NCBI GenBank assembly: GCA_964016885.1
Contig: OZ024741.1
Location: forward strand, 228,036,001 to 228,100,000
Direction: 5' to 3'
DNA from: Eledone cirrhosa
Lineage: Eukaryota
DNA length: 64,000 nt
A program made the translations under genes and the position numbers. Shown here piece by piece: positions 25,091-40,126 of the stretch; position 1 is the first letter of the stretch; every line of letters begins with the position of its first letter. The notes beneath the pieces were generated by a model. The model was not told the origin of the DNA. It did not search any database and was given only the letters and a program-made list of their open reading frames with translations.

Positions 25091-25470
25091 TTCGGTGGAT
25101 TGGCAGTATCAGTAGAGGGTCGGACGCCATGCTTTCCAGCATAGTTACGTCCCTTTACGATCTGAGTTCAAATCCCGCCGAGGTTGACTTTGCCTTTCAT
25201 CCTTACGGGGTCGATAAAATAAAGTACCAGTAATGCACTGGCTAATTGCTGGCCTTGTGCCTAAAGTAGAAACAATTATTTATTCGGTGGATTGGTAGTA
25301 TCGGTAGAGAGTCGGACGCCATGCTTTCCAGCAGAGTTACGTCCCTTTACGGTCTGAGTTCAAATCCCGCCGAGGTTTACTTTGCCTTTCATCCTTACGG
25401 AGTCGATAAAATAAAGTACCAGTAATGCACTGGGTAACTGCTGGCCTTGTGCCTAAAGTAGAAACAATTA
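25091..25470 (+). mobile_element. Two tandem SINEs
   Basis: Near-identical ~190-bp units. Confidence 0.9.
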
Positions 25471-26781
25471 TTTATTCAAAGTAATCTAACTTATTTTAGT
25501 AACGGGATAAAAAATATATATTCAGGACACAGTCCCGCACTCCCCACTTTATTATATTATGATTGGCATCGTACTAAGCTAGAAAGGCGGTCAATTTGAC
25601 GGAGTCGTGGGATATTCGTTTCAAGACTCTGCCTTTAAAGCCCACTGAAGTCCAATTTGCCTTTCATCCTGGTGTCCCCTTTCGCTTTTCAGCTGTTACA
25701 TCCTGGATGTTCCTGGGTAAAGAGAGGGTGTGGCGTGATGGTGTCTGTATCTTCTCGTGATTGTATGGTCACCTAAAACTCTAAGCGAAAGTGTGCTGCA
25801 TACTATCAAGTCATACTTAATTGTCGTTGATGGCTGTAGCTCTTTTGGGTGGGCTAATAGATTAGGATGATGAACACTAGGAGAACTCTACCACCAACAG
25901 ACTGTTTCTATACCAAGCTGGCGTCGCTAAACCTTTAAGTACCATTCCCTTTCATAAAAGTCGCGGATCTCAAATATTCCGGGTTCCATGTGTGTAAAAG
26001 AACAAAAAACAATAGTAATTATCTAAATGAAATTATCATTATTGTTGGGGTTTTTAATTCTCAAATGAAAATCTAATTTCAGATACAAATTGCGACAGTT
26101 AAACAAATCAAGAAAAAAGCGGATATTAGATGAATAATTTCAACTATATAAAAATTACTTTCTACCTAATTATTTATACTATTTTGTAAAGCTAGGGAAG
26201 AACCTCCACGTGGTTTCCCGACCTGCTGGAAATAGAAGTCAAATCTCCCATGACCGCATCCTAGCATCTTTGAAAAATGGGCTGATTGGAGAGTGTTGTT
26301 CGAGGTTTAATATTCAAGAAAACAAAGTGACAGGATAGTTATGGTTTGAATGCCTTTGATCTCAAATATGCTCATTCAGTATTGCCCTGGTGCTAAACCT
26401 CAACAATAGCATCCTCTTCATTGGAACGACCGATTCACAGTTAACTAATTTTGTAAACCCACAGATTATTTCCAAATAGAGAAAGTAATGAAACACAGAG
26501 ATCTGTGTGGTTTTTTGACTTGCTCTATTTTATAGTCACAGCTAAACCGAACAAAACTTCTCTAATTTTGTCATTAAAACAGAAAAACATTTTCTCGTCC
26601 CAAGTATGTCTAAACTTCTATCTACAAAATATTAATAATATATATATATATATGCTAACATACTCTCATACATATTTATTCACACAACCATATATATCTA
26701 TACATACATATAAGTATAGATATATGATACAGGGGTTTGGTTCTATGAAAGATTTGATAAAATTAACAGATACAGATAATA

Positions 26782-27013
26782 ATATCAAATATGGAAAAAG
26801 CAAATAAGTTAAGAAAAAAATCTTTACTTACTCACTTTAATGTCCTTACTGCAGTTTCATTATGAAAATAACGAAACTCCCAGTAGAGTATCGCGAGAAA
26901 TCCAATGATTTGGGATTTCTCGTGATACTCTACTCAGTTTCGCCATTTTCCTAATGAAAGTGAATAAGTAAGGATTTTTTCCTTAACTTGTTTGCTTTTT
27001 CCATATTTGATAT
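26782..27013. mobile_element. Older fold-back palindrome, probable PLE 3'-end relic
   Basis: ATATCAAATATGGAAAAAGCAAA...TTTGCTTTTTCCATATTTGATAT arms near (TA)n; only the GAAAC-TGCA-GTA half of a hammerhead is recognisable. Confidence 0.55.
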
Positions 27014-27242
27014 ATATATATTCCAATTGAGTTCTAGCACGTGGCTTGAATTCCTTTTAGAATTCATTGTCCTGCGCATGTATTGTTTTTTGGCGGTAAT
27101 TCTCCTTCCTCTTTTTTTGAGACAGTATGAGAATTTCTTTAGAACTGCTGGGCTAGCAACCTAGCAGCTACCTCAAGCACTGATGGTGATTATCGCTAAA
27201 TATTGATGTTGATTTGACTATCAATATTAATGTTATTGGGCA

Positions 27243-27369
27243 CCCACTGAAGAATTATAAGAGCCCACTTGAATAAGTATCTCTTGATCTTATACAAGCT
27301 TCTACATAAATTGGTATAATTTCACCCAATTTGTAGGAATCTTATAATGAAACGAGACGTCCGTCTGGG
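27243..27369 (+). ncRNA. Type I hammerhead ribozyme with long stem II
   Basis: CCCA-CTGAAGA-ATTATAAGA...TCTTATAAT-GAAAC..GTC-TGGG; a CGTC duplication lies next to the cleavage triplet. Confidence 0.65.
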
Positions 27370-27552
27370 AAGAGATATATTTGATATATCTCATATGAAA
27401 TAATACAGCCAATTTTCCACACAATACAATTAGTTAGCACCCCGAACGTTTAATTAGGAATATACTCACTTATTTCCTAATGTTTGTTGAGTGAGTTGGG
27501 ATTTGGCCGGAGTATCGCTATTAGCTTCCTCCGATAATGTATTTATATATAT

Positions 27553-28045
<493 letters not shown>

Positions 28046-28059
28046 TATATATATATATG

Positions 28060-28801
<742 letters not shown>

Positions 28802-29235
28802 CATATATATTATATGTAATATGTGATGAGCTTAGCCTGAGGGTGAGGTCAATGACTTCGAATATGCCGAGCTTGTTCTCGGCTAGTTTCATCAAGGGTG
28901 ATGAAACTAGCCGAGAACTCAGTAAAACCTTTTTCACATAAACGAAAACGTAGCGGCGCTGGACATAACATCGAATGTTACTGTATATAAATCTGAAATT
29001 ATTAATTGCTTAGTAAACGGGGATTACAAAACGTCGAGCAAAGTGTGTAAACTTACACACACATATCGCTTGCAAGCATGTATAGGCGCGTACGTAAGCA
29101 AGGGCAGCGATAAATACTGGCACCCAAATTCTGTAGAAAAGTAAAATTCGTGTGACCCCTTGTGGTTGATGCGAATGTAATATGGGTTGCTTATATACAT
29201 ATCGAGTAGCGGTAAAAAAAAACGATTGAATTAAT

Positions 29236-29238
<3 letters not shown>

Positions 29239-29298
<60 letters not shown>

Positions 29299-29338
29299 CA
29301 CTACTACCACTACTACCACCACCACCACCACCCCCACA

Positions 29339-29397
<59 letters not shown>

Positions 29398-29441
29398 AAT
29401 AATAATAATAATAATAATAATAATGTTTTAATAATAATAAT
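29239..29441. repeat. (CTA)n/(CCA)n/(AAT)n microsatellite
   Basis: Direct reading. Confidence 0.95.
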
Positions 29442-29691
29442 ACTTTCTTTATTAACCAAAAGGGTTTACATAAAGTAGACATTAAGGACAGTACAGGACA
29501 ATACAGGACGGTACAAATGGGCATTTCTGCGTGTAAGAAACAAAAAGAGAGGATGTAACAAAAAAATAACAATGAAAAATTCCCCAATACGGGGGAGACT
29601 TCCGAGGGACATTCGGGGAGAAAACCCATTAAAAGCCACAGTGACCCTGACCAGCAGGTCAAGGGCCCTCTCCCAGTTTTCCACCTTTAAT

Positions 29692-32551
29692 TTACAGACA
29701 CATACTCAGAGAAGGCCCATTCACTCGGGCCATTGTTGCCTCTCTCACCCATCTTTCAACAAAATGCTGGGAAGAGAGCACTTCCCTCTCTACTCTGATT
29801 TTTCTTTTCAAATGAAATTTGAAAAGGTTAATCAGGGCATCACCGAAGAGGTAAGTGCTCGTCTTCAGCCCTTTCAAACGTGTCCACCATACTATCTCTT
29901 TGGCCATGGCCACCAGACAGATAAAAACTGCCTGCCCCTCCCGGCTAAAGGAAGAGGGCGGGGAAATCCTCACGATGAGCTCAGCTGATAGCTGGATCCG
30001 TCTTACACGCGACAGCAGGTGTTCGACATAAACCCACAAGCAATGCTCGGACACTGGACGAGTGCGTGCAGGACGGTTTCGTCGCCCTGCGCGCATCTCG
30101 GACATGCCCGGTTGACGGCACTTCCATGCCTGTAGAGTTTATCCCGAACTGGCAAAGCTCCTCTGTAGCACTGCCAGCCAGGGATTTCTGGAAGTTGTCC
30201 ATAGGCCCCGGCCCGAAAGTTCTTCCGAAGAGATTGGCTAGTTGATTTTCGTCGACGCCTAGAGTTTCCCCAAGTACGTCGACGCTCTTCCCCTCCACTA
30301 ATTCTCTATAGAATGCCAAGGTGGAGTTTCCACCGATCACATTGCCCGATTGGTCGAGGGATGTGAGCGCCTGAAGACATTCCAGTCTCCAAACGCTCCC
30401 TCTCGGTCTTCGCTTGACCCAGGACTGGAGCTCCGTCAAGGAGACGAGCTGGGGAAAGACGTGTCTAGCAAACGGCGACCACACCTGATCACCGTCGAGG
30501 AAGAGGTGGAGATGTCGTAGCCTGAGCGTAATGTCTGCGCATCATCAGCCACGGCATGCCCAGCCCTCCACGTAGCGGGTGTTGACAGCAGATGGACCGC
30601 CTGACCATCGGAGCGCGTCCTTTCCACAAAAAGCGAAAGAGCAAACGATCCAGCGCAGTCAGGCGGGGCTTAGGACAAGGTACGACGGTCAGGCGGTAGT
30701 AGATGACGGACGCGATGTACGCGTTAGCCACCTCCGCTCGACCTTTCAGGGATAGCTTCCTCTCCGTCCATTTCTGGGTGAGAGAAGCCACCCTGCTCGT
30801 CACCACGACCCAATTTTTGTCCGTCTAGAGGTCCGGACCGAACCAGACCCCTAGCAATTTAACCGGTCCGTCCGTCCAGCGCCTGACGACGCTATTGGAC
30901 AGCATGGACCTGCCTCTCCAGGTGCCGAGCTGCAGGCCCACTGACTTTTCCTGGTTGATCATTGCTCCTGTCACCGCTTCGTATTCTCTTAGTGTAGTGC
31001 CGATCGCCTCGATGTGTTTGGCGTTCGACACCACTACGATGACATCGTCCGCATATGCTGACACGGATCTTCCGCATCCTAGTTCGCGCGGGACGCCCCT
31101 CAACGTCTCCAGTTTGTGCAGTAATGGCTCGAGAGTCAATACGTACAAGAGGGACGAGAGGGGACATCCTTGGCGGACCGAGCGCATGATGTTGAACGGT
31201 TCTGAAAGGTGACCGTTCGCCCTCACCACAGAGCAGATGTCGCTGTGCATGGCAGCGATCCAGCTTCTGAAGACGGGCCCAAAGCCAGCCGCCCTCAGGA
31301 CTGCCGCTAGGTAACGATGGTCGACCCTATCGAAAGCCTTCGACTGATCTAAATTGATCAAGGACCCACCCGTGCAAGGTTCCCTAGCTACCCTCTCTAC
31401 GATGTATCGCATGAGGTGGCGGTTGTCGTGGATGGATCTGTCGGGAATGGCGCACATCTGCGCCTCTCCCACGAGACCACCAACGACAAGCACCTACCTC
31501 TTTGCTAGCACCTTGGCCAAAATCTTGAACTCTGTGTTTAGCAGAGTTATGGGCCTGAAATTATCTATGTTATCCTCTTTGTTCGGATCCTTTCTCAGCA
31601 GCGTCACAGCTCCTCGGCTCACAGAGCTGGGAATTCTCCCGGTCTGTTGCCAGTTGCAGTAGACGTCCGCCAAGAAGCCTCCGAACAAGTCTGGCATCTG
31701 TACGTAAAGTTCATAAGGCACACCATCTAAACCAGGCGATTTACGCCTTGTGCAGCCAGTCATTGCCTCCCGTACTTCAGCGGCTGTTATCGGCTTTTCA
31801 GTGGGCGAGAGCCGTGGCAGTTCGTCAAGGTAGACACTAAAGTCCATCCCTCGATCCGGCCCGCCGCTGCCTCCGAACAGCTGAGTGAAGTGTCGCTGAA
31901 AAGCTTTACACATTTGCCCGGGATCGAGTAGCATGCGCCCGTCCACCAAAGACCGGATCGTGGCTTTGTTGCCACGACGCGCCTCCGCCACTCGGGCCCA
32001 TTGAACGGCTTTCGTCCCCTCGTGTCTGAGAGCACGCACCCTAGTTCTGACAACGCAACCTCTTGCACCCTCCTCCCCTATCCGCTAATCCCACACAGTC
32101 CCAGCGTGCATCTAAGATCCCGTTCCAGTCGCCCACTAACACTAAAGAGCGGGACGTTCCAAGAAAGGTCTCCAGACGCCGGAAGATATCAGGCCGCCCT
32201 GCTCCTGTCAGGGCATAGACGGCTACTAGCCCGAAAGCTTGCCCGTCTCCGCTGGTCACGTCTAGCACCACCAACTTACCTTCTGGGTCCAGGAAGATGG
32301 CCCGTATGGCGAAATCCAAACCTCTCCGAAAAATCACAGGCAACTCCTCCCCCCGATCCAGGACGGCTGGGAGATGCGTACACATCGTAGCCGCCGGATA
32401 TCGGTGCGAAGGCCCGTGCTTCGGAGATTCTGGTCTCGCTGATGGCCACTACATCTATGTTTAGTGACCTAAAATCGTTGAGAAGGTGGCTCTGCTTCCA
32501 TGACGACCCCAAGCCACGCGCATTTATGCTGCCTATTCTGAGTGAGGTCAT
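29692..32551 (-). pseudogene. LINE A ORF2 (APE-RT-zinc finger), disrupted
   Basis: SINARGL, GDWN, KSPGLDG, FRPITLLN, DQSKAFDRVDH, VRQGCPLS, YADD split across frames; homologous to 54826-58245. Confidence 0.9.
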
Positions 32552-32585
32552 GTTGAAATGGAGTGGAAAAGATTGGAAAGACCAC

Positions 32586-34397
32586 TTACCTTACTTCTCG
32601 TAGAGTAAGGATGGTTTGTCCATCCTTTTCACTGCTTGTGGCCTCCTCCGGAAGGATGTCCTTATAAATCCTCCTGGAGAGTGCTTGTCGGAAGTCTCCG
32701 ATGTCTTTGAGGAATTTTTGTTTAAGTGTCGTGTACGTTTTCTGCGTGATGCGAGTGATTTGTATGTGTGGAGGGGGTGTGAACTTTTGGGGTGTTGTGT
32801 AGTCTTTTTCTGTGATTCTGGTGTTGTGTTGGATGTAGTGTAATAGTTGGTTGTTGTTCAAATTTAATGCTGTGTAGTGTGTATCGTTTTGGTTGTTTTG
32901 TTTTGTTTGCGTTTGTTGTGGGTTTATATCTGTTTCGCTTTTTGGTGACTTTTGTGGTTTTGGTGATGGTGGTGTTGGGGTTAATGATGGTGATGGTGTT
33001 GGTGTTTGTGGTGATGGGGTTGGTGATGCTGGTGTGGATGGTGGCATAGCTGTCCTAACTTTTTTGTTTGAAAGTTTATTTGTTTCCTTCTGTATTTTGT
33101 CTTTGGAGGGGGAAGGAAGAGAATTTTTTTCTCTTTTGGCTTCTTTTTCTTTTTTCTTTTTTCCTGATACCGTTTCCCACTCCTCCTCGTCACAATCTGT
33201 CTCCAGTTGCGATAGGTCGGGGAGTGGAAAATCCTCCACTGGCGTTAGTTTTGGTTGTGGTGTGGTGGATGGTGTAGGCGCTGGTGCTAGTTCTGGCGCG
33301 GTGGGTGGTGGTGGTGTTGGTTTTGCTACTGTTGCTGGGGTTATTGCTGCTACAGTTGCTTCTGTTGTTGCTGCTACAGTTGTTGCTGCCATTTCTGGTG
33401 CTGGTGGTTGAGTCACTGGGGTGGGTAAGAGAGGTGGCCTCAACTTTTTAGCCTGAGGGCAGAAAGCCCTTAGGTGGGTTCCTTCACCACAAACGACACA
33501 CCTAGGCCTTCTGCCCTCGACGATTACGGTGAGGTGGCTGCCGACAGTGAGGTCTATTACCTCTGGTATCTCCTCAATGCTTTTTTGGTCCGCTTGGATC
33601 AGAAGCTCCATCCCAGATCCGGACCAGTTCTGCTTTTCTTTCGCTATTTCGATTATCTTGGTGTTGGCGAGGACGGCAGCCATTAGCCAGGGAATTTCGA
33701 TGGCCGGTGAAACATGGGTCACCCTTATCTTCACGAGTCTCTGGCCACAATAGCTTGGGACGAGTGTGAAATCTTCACTTCTTAATGGGGCCATGGAGTG
33801 TTCTCTGACCTTCTGTGGTGTTCCAAAGGACACGTCCACGGTTCCATATTTCTGCCCACGTCTGATGTGGGATTTTTTTGCCCACACATGTACCAAAGCT
33901 TTTTGGATTTGGGACTCGGATGCCCGTCCCACTCTTTACCATTCTCTTGGCTTCATCTAATTCCTCCTGGGTTATCTGGATTGTTTCGCACCTTTTGGCT
34001 GCTTTGGCAAAAGACACGGTGGTTTTGTTATTCTCATTGTTGTTGTTGCTGTTGTTGTTATCGTTATTTTTGTTATTGTTATTTTTAATTTCAGTTGTGT
34101 TGGAGGTGGCATCAGTGGTGTTCGGTGTGGAAGAGTCCATTCTGGGTGAATCCATTTCGATGTCACGAGATAATTTATTTTTTCTTTTGTTTCTGTTGTC
34201 GCTGTGGATGTGGTGGGGGTGGCGGCTTCAACACCTGCAGTCATTGGTAATGGCGGGAAATGAATGTCTGCATGAGACAAATTTAAATTATTACTATTGC
34301 TTATATTTTTAGTGTTGGCAAACGTAGTAATATTTACAATGGTGGTGTCGGTGTGAGGTCTTAGTTTGTGAGGAAGGTGTGGCTGTGAGTAGTCCAT
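32586..34397 (-). pseudogene. LINE A ORF1 (gag-like, single CCHC), frameshifted near the 5' end
   Basis: CVVCGEGTHLRAFC; RGQKYGTV and SFAKAAKR match ORF1 of element C. Confidence 0.8.
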
Positions 34398-34634
34398 GAT
34401 TGTTAAAGGAAATTTTTTTTTTGTTTGATAATTATAAAAGTTTAAATTTTGGGCTCAAGGCCCCTCGTGTTTTTGAGTGTTCTTTTCCGAAAGCAAATTT
34501 TGTGACCTTATAAACAGTTAACAACAAAGATTTTCCATAAATGGCAATTTTAAACAAACGAAAACAACATACGTTGCGGAGCTCACGATGATGCGATTTC
34601 GTACGTAGGTCGCCAATAATATAATAATAATAAT

Positions 34635-37600
34635 GATTTCGTTATTGGCCACGAGGGCTGACATTAAGAAAAACATTACAGACGGCACAGGACGGTACGA
34701 TGTGGGTTTTGTGCGTGTAAATATTTTTATTATTTATATAAGAAAAGAAAAAAAAGTCATAGAAACATATATATATATATAAACGATAAAAATCAAAATT
34801 GAAACAATGAAAAATTCCCCAATAGGGGTGAAACCTCCGAGAGTTACTCGTGGTGAAAACCACACATAAGACCACGGCCATCCTGACCACCAGGGCAATG
34901 CCCTCTCTCAATTTTTCCATCTCTCAAACTACAGACGTATATTCACAGCGGTCCCGTTCACTCGGACCATTCTCGCTACATTCACCCAACTTTCAACAAA
35001 CTTTCTAGAAGGCAGCACTTGCCTCTCCATCCTGATTTTCCTCTTCAAGTGAAACTTGAAAAAGTTAATTAGGGATTCGCCGAAGAGGAAAGTGTCTGTC
35101 TTTAACCCTTTCAACCTTGTCCACCACACAATCTCTTACGCAATGGCCACCAGGCAGATGAAAACCGCCTGCCCTTCCTCCTCGAAGGAAGACGGCGAGA
35201 CCATCTGCACAATGGACACAGTCGATAACCGGATCAGTCCTACACGCGACAGCAACTGTTCAACATAGCTCCATAAGTCAGCAATGTTCGGGCACTGAAC
35301 GAGTGCGTGCACGACGGTTACGTCGCTATGCGCGCATCTCGGACAGGCTTGGCTGACGGCACTTCCGTGCCTGTAGAGCTTATCTCGAACCGGCAGCGCT
35401 CCCCGGTAGCACTGCCAGGCCAGTGATTTTTGGAAGTTATCCATAGGCCCTGGGCTGAAAGTTCTCCGGAAGAGAGCAAACAGCTGATCTTCTTCGACGC
35501 CCAGGATCTCTCCGAGAACGTCGACGCTCCCCCCCCCCACTACTTCTCTATAGAACGTCGTGGTGGATGTTCCACCGATACTGGTGCCCAGCTGGCAGAG
35601 GGCCGTGAGCGCCTGGAGAAATTCCAGTTTCCAAGCGCTATACCTCGGTCTTTTTCTGACCCAAGACTGCAGCTCCGTCAAGGAGACGAGCTGTGGGAAA
35701 ACGTGCCTGGTGAACGGCGACCACACCTGTTCACCGTCGAGGAAGCACCAGAGATGTCACAGCCTCAACGCATGTTTTCGCATCATCAGCCATGGCATGC
35801 CAAGTCCTCCACGCAACGGGTGTTGCCAGCAGATGGATCGTCTAAACATGGGAGCGCGTCCCCTCCACAAAAAGCGGAAGAGGAGGCGCTCCATTTTGGT
35901 GAGAGTTCGGCCGGGGCAAGGGACGACGGTAAGGAGGTATCAGATAACGGATGCGATGTACGCATTCGCCACCTCCGCCCGGCTTTTCAGTGACGTCTTC
36001 CTCTCGGCCCATTTCTGGGTGAGGGAAGCCACCTTGCTCGTCACCTCGTTCCAGTTTTTCTCCATCTGGAGGTCCGGTCCGAACCAGTCCTCGAGCAATT
36101 TAACCGGTCGGTCCGTCCAACGCCCCACGACGCTGTCGGACGGCATGGACTTGCCTCTCCAGGTGCCGAGCTGCAACCCCACTGACTTTTCCTGGTTTAT
36201 CTTTGCTCTTGTCACCGCTTCGTATTCCATGAGAGCGGTGCCGAGCATCTGGACGTGTCTGGTGCTCGACACCACCACGGTGACGTCGTCGGCGGAAGCT
36301 GACTCGGATTTCCGTATCCTAGTTCGCGTGGGACGCCCCTCAATTCCCCCAGTTTGTTCAGTAACGGCTCGAGAGCCAATACGTACAAGAGGGACGAGAG
36401 GGGACAACCCTGGCGGACTGAGCACATGATGCTGAACGGCTGCGACAGGTGACCATTGACCCTCACAACTGAGCAGATGTCGCTGTACATCGCAGCAATC
36501 CAACCCCTGAAAACGGGCTCGAAACCGGCTGCCTCGAGGACCGCCGCCAGGTACCGATAGTCGACCCTATCAAATGCTTTGGATTGATCCAAGTTGATCA
36601 GGGCCCCACCCGTGCCAGGTTCCTTAACTGCCCTCTCTATGATGTATTGCATGAGGTGGAGGTTGTCGTGTATGGATCTGTCCGGAATGGCGCATGTATG
36701 CGCCTCTCCCACCAGACCCTTGACGACAAGCGCCAACCTCGTTGCTAAGACCTTGGCCCAAATCTTCAATTCTGCGTTTAGCAGGGTTATGGGCCTGGAA
36801 TTATCGATAACGTCCCCCTTGTTCGGGTCTTTTTTCAGCAGCGCCACCGTTCCCCGGCTCACAAAACGTGGAATGCTCCCGTTCTGCTGCCAGTTGCAGT
36901 AGACGTCTGCCAAGAGGTCACCGAACAAGTCTGTCATAAATGCATAAAGCTCGTAGGGCAAACCATCCAAAGCTGGTGATTTACCCCTCGTGCAGTTAGC
37001 CATCGCTTCCCGTATTTTACCGGCTGTTATTGGCTTTTCGCAACACTGTGCTGCGGTCGTCGAGAGCCAAGGCAGTCCGTCGAGGAATGCACTGAAGTCC
37101 ATGCTCCAATCCGGGCCGCCGCCGCTCCCGAACAGTTCAGCAAAGTGCTGCTGAAACGCTTCATACATCTGCTCGGGTTCGAGCAACACGCACCCGTTTT
37201 GGTCAGACAAAGACCGAATTGTGGCTTTGTTGCCACATCGCGCCTCCGCCACCCGGGCCCATTGGACGGCTTTTGTCCCCTCGTGTTACAGAGCACGCGC
37301 TCTAGCTCTGACAACGCAGCCTTCGTGTTTTGCGTTGAAGAATTGGTCGAGTGCCAATCTCGCCGCAAGCACCTCGGTTGCGATGCCTATCCTAAACGCC
37401 TCTTCTAGCTTTCTGACTAGCTCTCCCTCTACTCTATTTTCCTCTATCACTACTCCTTTGCTAAACCTAATCGACTCTACTGTAATTTCCCTTTTCAGGG
37501 CGAACCACCACCTGTTGTTGACGACCCCTCCCGTCAACGCCCGCTTAACTAATACGCTAATCCGGTCTCTGTAGGCTTTGCGCGCCGGGAAAGACGCGTT

Positions 37601-39897
37601 CAGCTTCCAGTAACCAGGCTCTTGTCTATGAAGTCTGTCTATGTCGATCTCACAGATCACAAATTTGTGGTCTGTGTAGTCGACTATTTTAAATTGTGGA
37701 CAACTTATACTAGCCTTATCTAGTTCTCTGCAGAATACCCTATCGAGATATGATCTGGATGACCCGATGCGGTTTGCCCATGTCCACATTAGCACATTCG
37801 GGTGATCCAGTCGATACGTGTCAGACAGTTCAAAACGTCTGAGCAGGTTGGTGAGGCTCTTGCACCCTCCTACCTTATCCACTAGCCCCACACAATCCCA
37901 GCGTGCATCCAAGATACCGTTCCAGTCGCCCACTAACACTAAAGAGCGGGACGTTCCAAGAAAGGTTTCTAGACGTCTGAAGAAATCTGGCCGTCCTGCC
38001 CCTGTTGTGGCGTAGACGGCTACTAGCCTGAAAGCACTGCCTTTTCTGCCGGTCACGTCCAGCACCACCGAATTACCTTCTGGGTCTAGGAAGATGGCCC
38101 GTATGGCGAGATCCAAGCCTCTCCAAAAAAGGACGGCAACCCCTTCCCCCGATCCTGGACGTCTGGGAGATGCGTGTACATTGTAGCCGCCGAAGATCGG
38201 TGCGAAGGCCTGTGCTTCGGAGATTCTGGTCTCACTGATGGCCACCACATCTATGTTTAGTGACCATCTATGTTTAGTGTTCTATGTCGTTGAGCAGGTG
38301 ACCATGCTTCCAAGATGACCCCAGGCCATTTATACTGCCTATTCTGAGTACGGCCAAGTTGGATGAGAAATGGGGCAGGTGAGAAAGAGTCACTTACCTT
38401 GATCGTGTGGTGAAGGGACAGTAGAACCGTCCCTTTCGCTGGTCATGGGTGTTTCTAAGAGGATGTCAGTGTATATCCTCTTGGTAACCGACCCTCTGAA
38501 GTCTCCAACTGCGTCGGGGAATTTTTGTTTTAAAGTTTTGTACTGTTCTATTGAGATTTGAATGATGCTTATGATTGTCGGGAGAGTTCCTGGTGTTGGT
38601 GGGGTGTAGTAGTTTTTTTCTGTGATGTCTGTGTGCTGCTTTATATATTGTATGAGTTCTTTTTTTGCCATGTTTATGGCTGTGTACCTTTTGGTGGGAG
38701 GAGTGATTTTGTTGCTGTTTTCTTCTTGATGCTGTTTGGTGTGTGTTTTGTTTTGTTTGCGCTGTTGGTGTTTTTGGTGATGCTGGTGGTGGTGTGGTTG
38801 TTGTTGTCAGTGGTGCTTGTGGTGGTGTTGCTGCAAGTTTCCTTGCTGCCTTTACCCCTCTTTGTATGCCTTCGCTTTTGGAGGGTGAATCTAAAGGGTT
38901 TTTTGTTTTTTGTTTTTTGTGGCAGACCGTTTGTCACTTCACTCCCGCCTCAAACTCCATGTCGGATTCTGTGGCGTCTGGGAGGGGTTTGTGCTCCACG
39001 GCTGTTGGTGGTGGTAGTGGAGCCCTCTTCGGCAATTTTGTTGCTGGTGTAGCTACTTCAAATGTAGCTATTGGTGTTGCCGCCACTGATGATGTTGCTT
39101 TAGTTGTCCGTGGCCTTGGTACGGGTGCTACGGACGTTGCCCTCCTACTCACCGTGGAAGGGGCTTCTGCGTTTGTTGCCTGCCCTTCTCTTGGTAGAAA
39201 CAGACCAGGTATTGGAAGGAGAGGGGCCTTCTTCCTCGCTGTCTTCTGTGGGCAAAAGGCCCTGAGGTGACCCTTCGACCCACAGAGATAACATTTTGGC
39301 CGTCTTCCTTCTACACTTATAGGGAGTTTGAGTCCTTCCTCGATGTATATGATATCGGGGATAGCGTCGATATATTCCTGGTTAGTTTGTATAATCATTT
39401 GCATGCCTATACCTGAGCAGTTCTCTCTCCCTATTTTTTCTATTTGCAGCATGGTCGTCCTGTTCTCGATTCCAACAAGGACAGCCGTGGCCAGCCAAGA
39501 TATGGGCACGTCGGGTGGGACCTGGGTCACTTTGACACTCACAATTTTCTGCCCGCAGTAGGAGGGCACCAAGACTATCTCCTCACTCTTTAGGGTTTCC
39601 AAAGTGTGAGACATTGCTTCCTGGGGTGGCGAAAAGTACGTCTACTGTGGCGTACCTTCTGTTGTTATTATTGTTGTTTTTGTTGATACTGTTCCTACTA
39701 TTATTGTTGTTGTGGCTGTTGTTATTGTCATTGTTATTGTCGTTCTCGACCTTACCGCTGTTATTATTGTTATTGTCGTTCTCGACTTTACCGCTGTTAT
39801 TTGTGTTGTTTCTGTTGTTATTGATGGTGTTGTTGTTGGTGTTGTTGGTGTTATTGTTGGTGTTGTTTGTGTTAGAAATATTTGTTAATTTTAAATC
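34635..39897 (-). mobile_element. Tx1/L1-clade LINE B, 5'-truncated and defective
   Basis: ORF1 pieces (CYLCGSKGHLRAFC) and ORF2 pieces 34929-38356 with stops and frameshifts; (TTA)n tail. Confidence 0.9.
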
Positions 39898-39898
39898 T

Positions 39899-39970
39899 GT
39901 AGTGGCTTGATATTCATTTCAACAAACTTTCCAGTTAAATAACATCAATGACTGAGACTCAAAGAACAAC

Positions 39971-40022
<52 letters not shown>
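39899..40022 (+). mobile_element. R4/Dong 3'-UTR stub plus (TAA)n
   Basis: GTAGTGGCTTGATATTCATTTCAACAAACTTTCCAG..GAGACTCAAAGAAC matches the 3' ends at 49540-49608 and 54058-54118. Confidence 0.85.
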
Positions 40023-40027
<5 letters not shown>

Positions 40028-40126
40028 TTTAAATCATTTGTGAAATAACAACTCTTAGTACAAATGCTACGTAAAGCACCCGGCTTGAGCCCCAAAAAAA
40101 TTCGGACCCAAAACATATTGTTATAA

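Larger units (their letters stand above)
29441..34614 (-). mobile_element. Tx1/L1-clade LINE A, full span but defective
   Basis: ORF1 remnant with CCHC knuckle; APE-RT ORF2 with frameshifts and deletions; AATAAA plus (TTA)n tail; (AAT)n on both flanks. Confidence 0.9.

Noticed and set aside
27178-27210. CTGATGG...TAAATATT hammerhead-like stretch
   Set aside because: Too many core mismatches and no convincing stem I.
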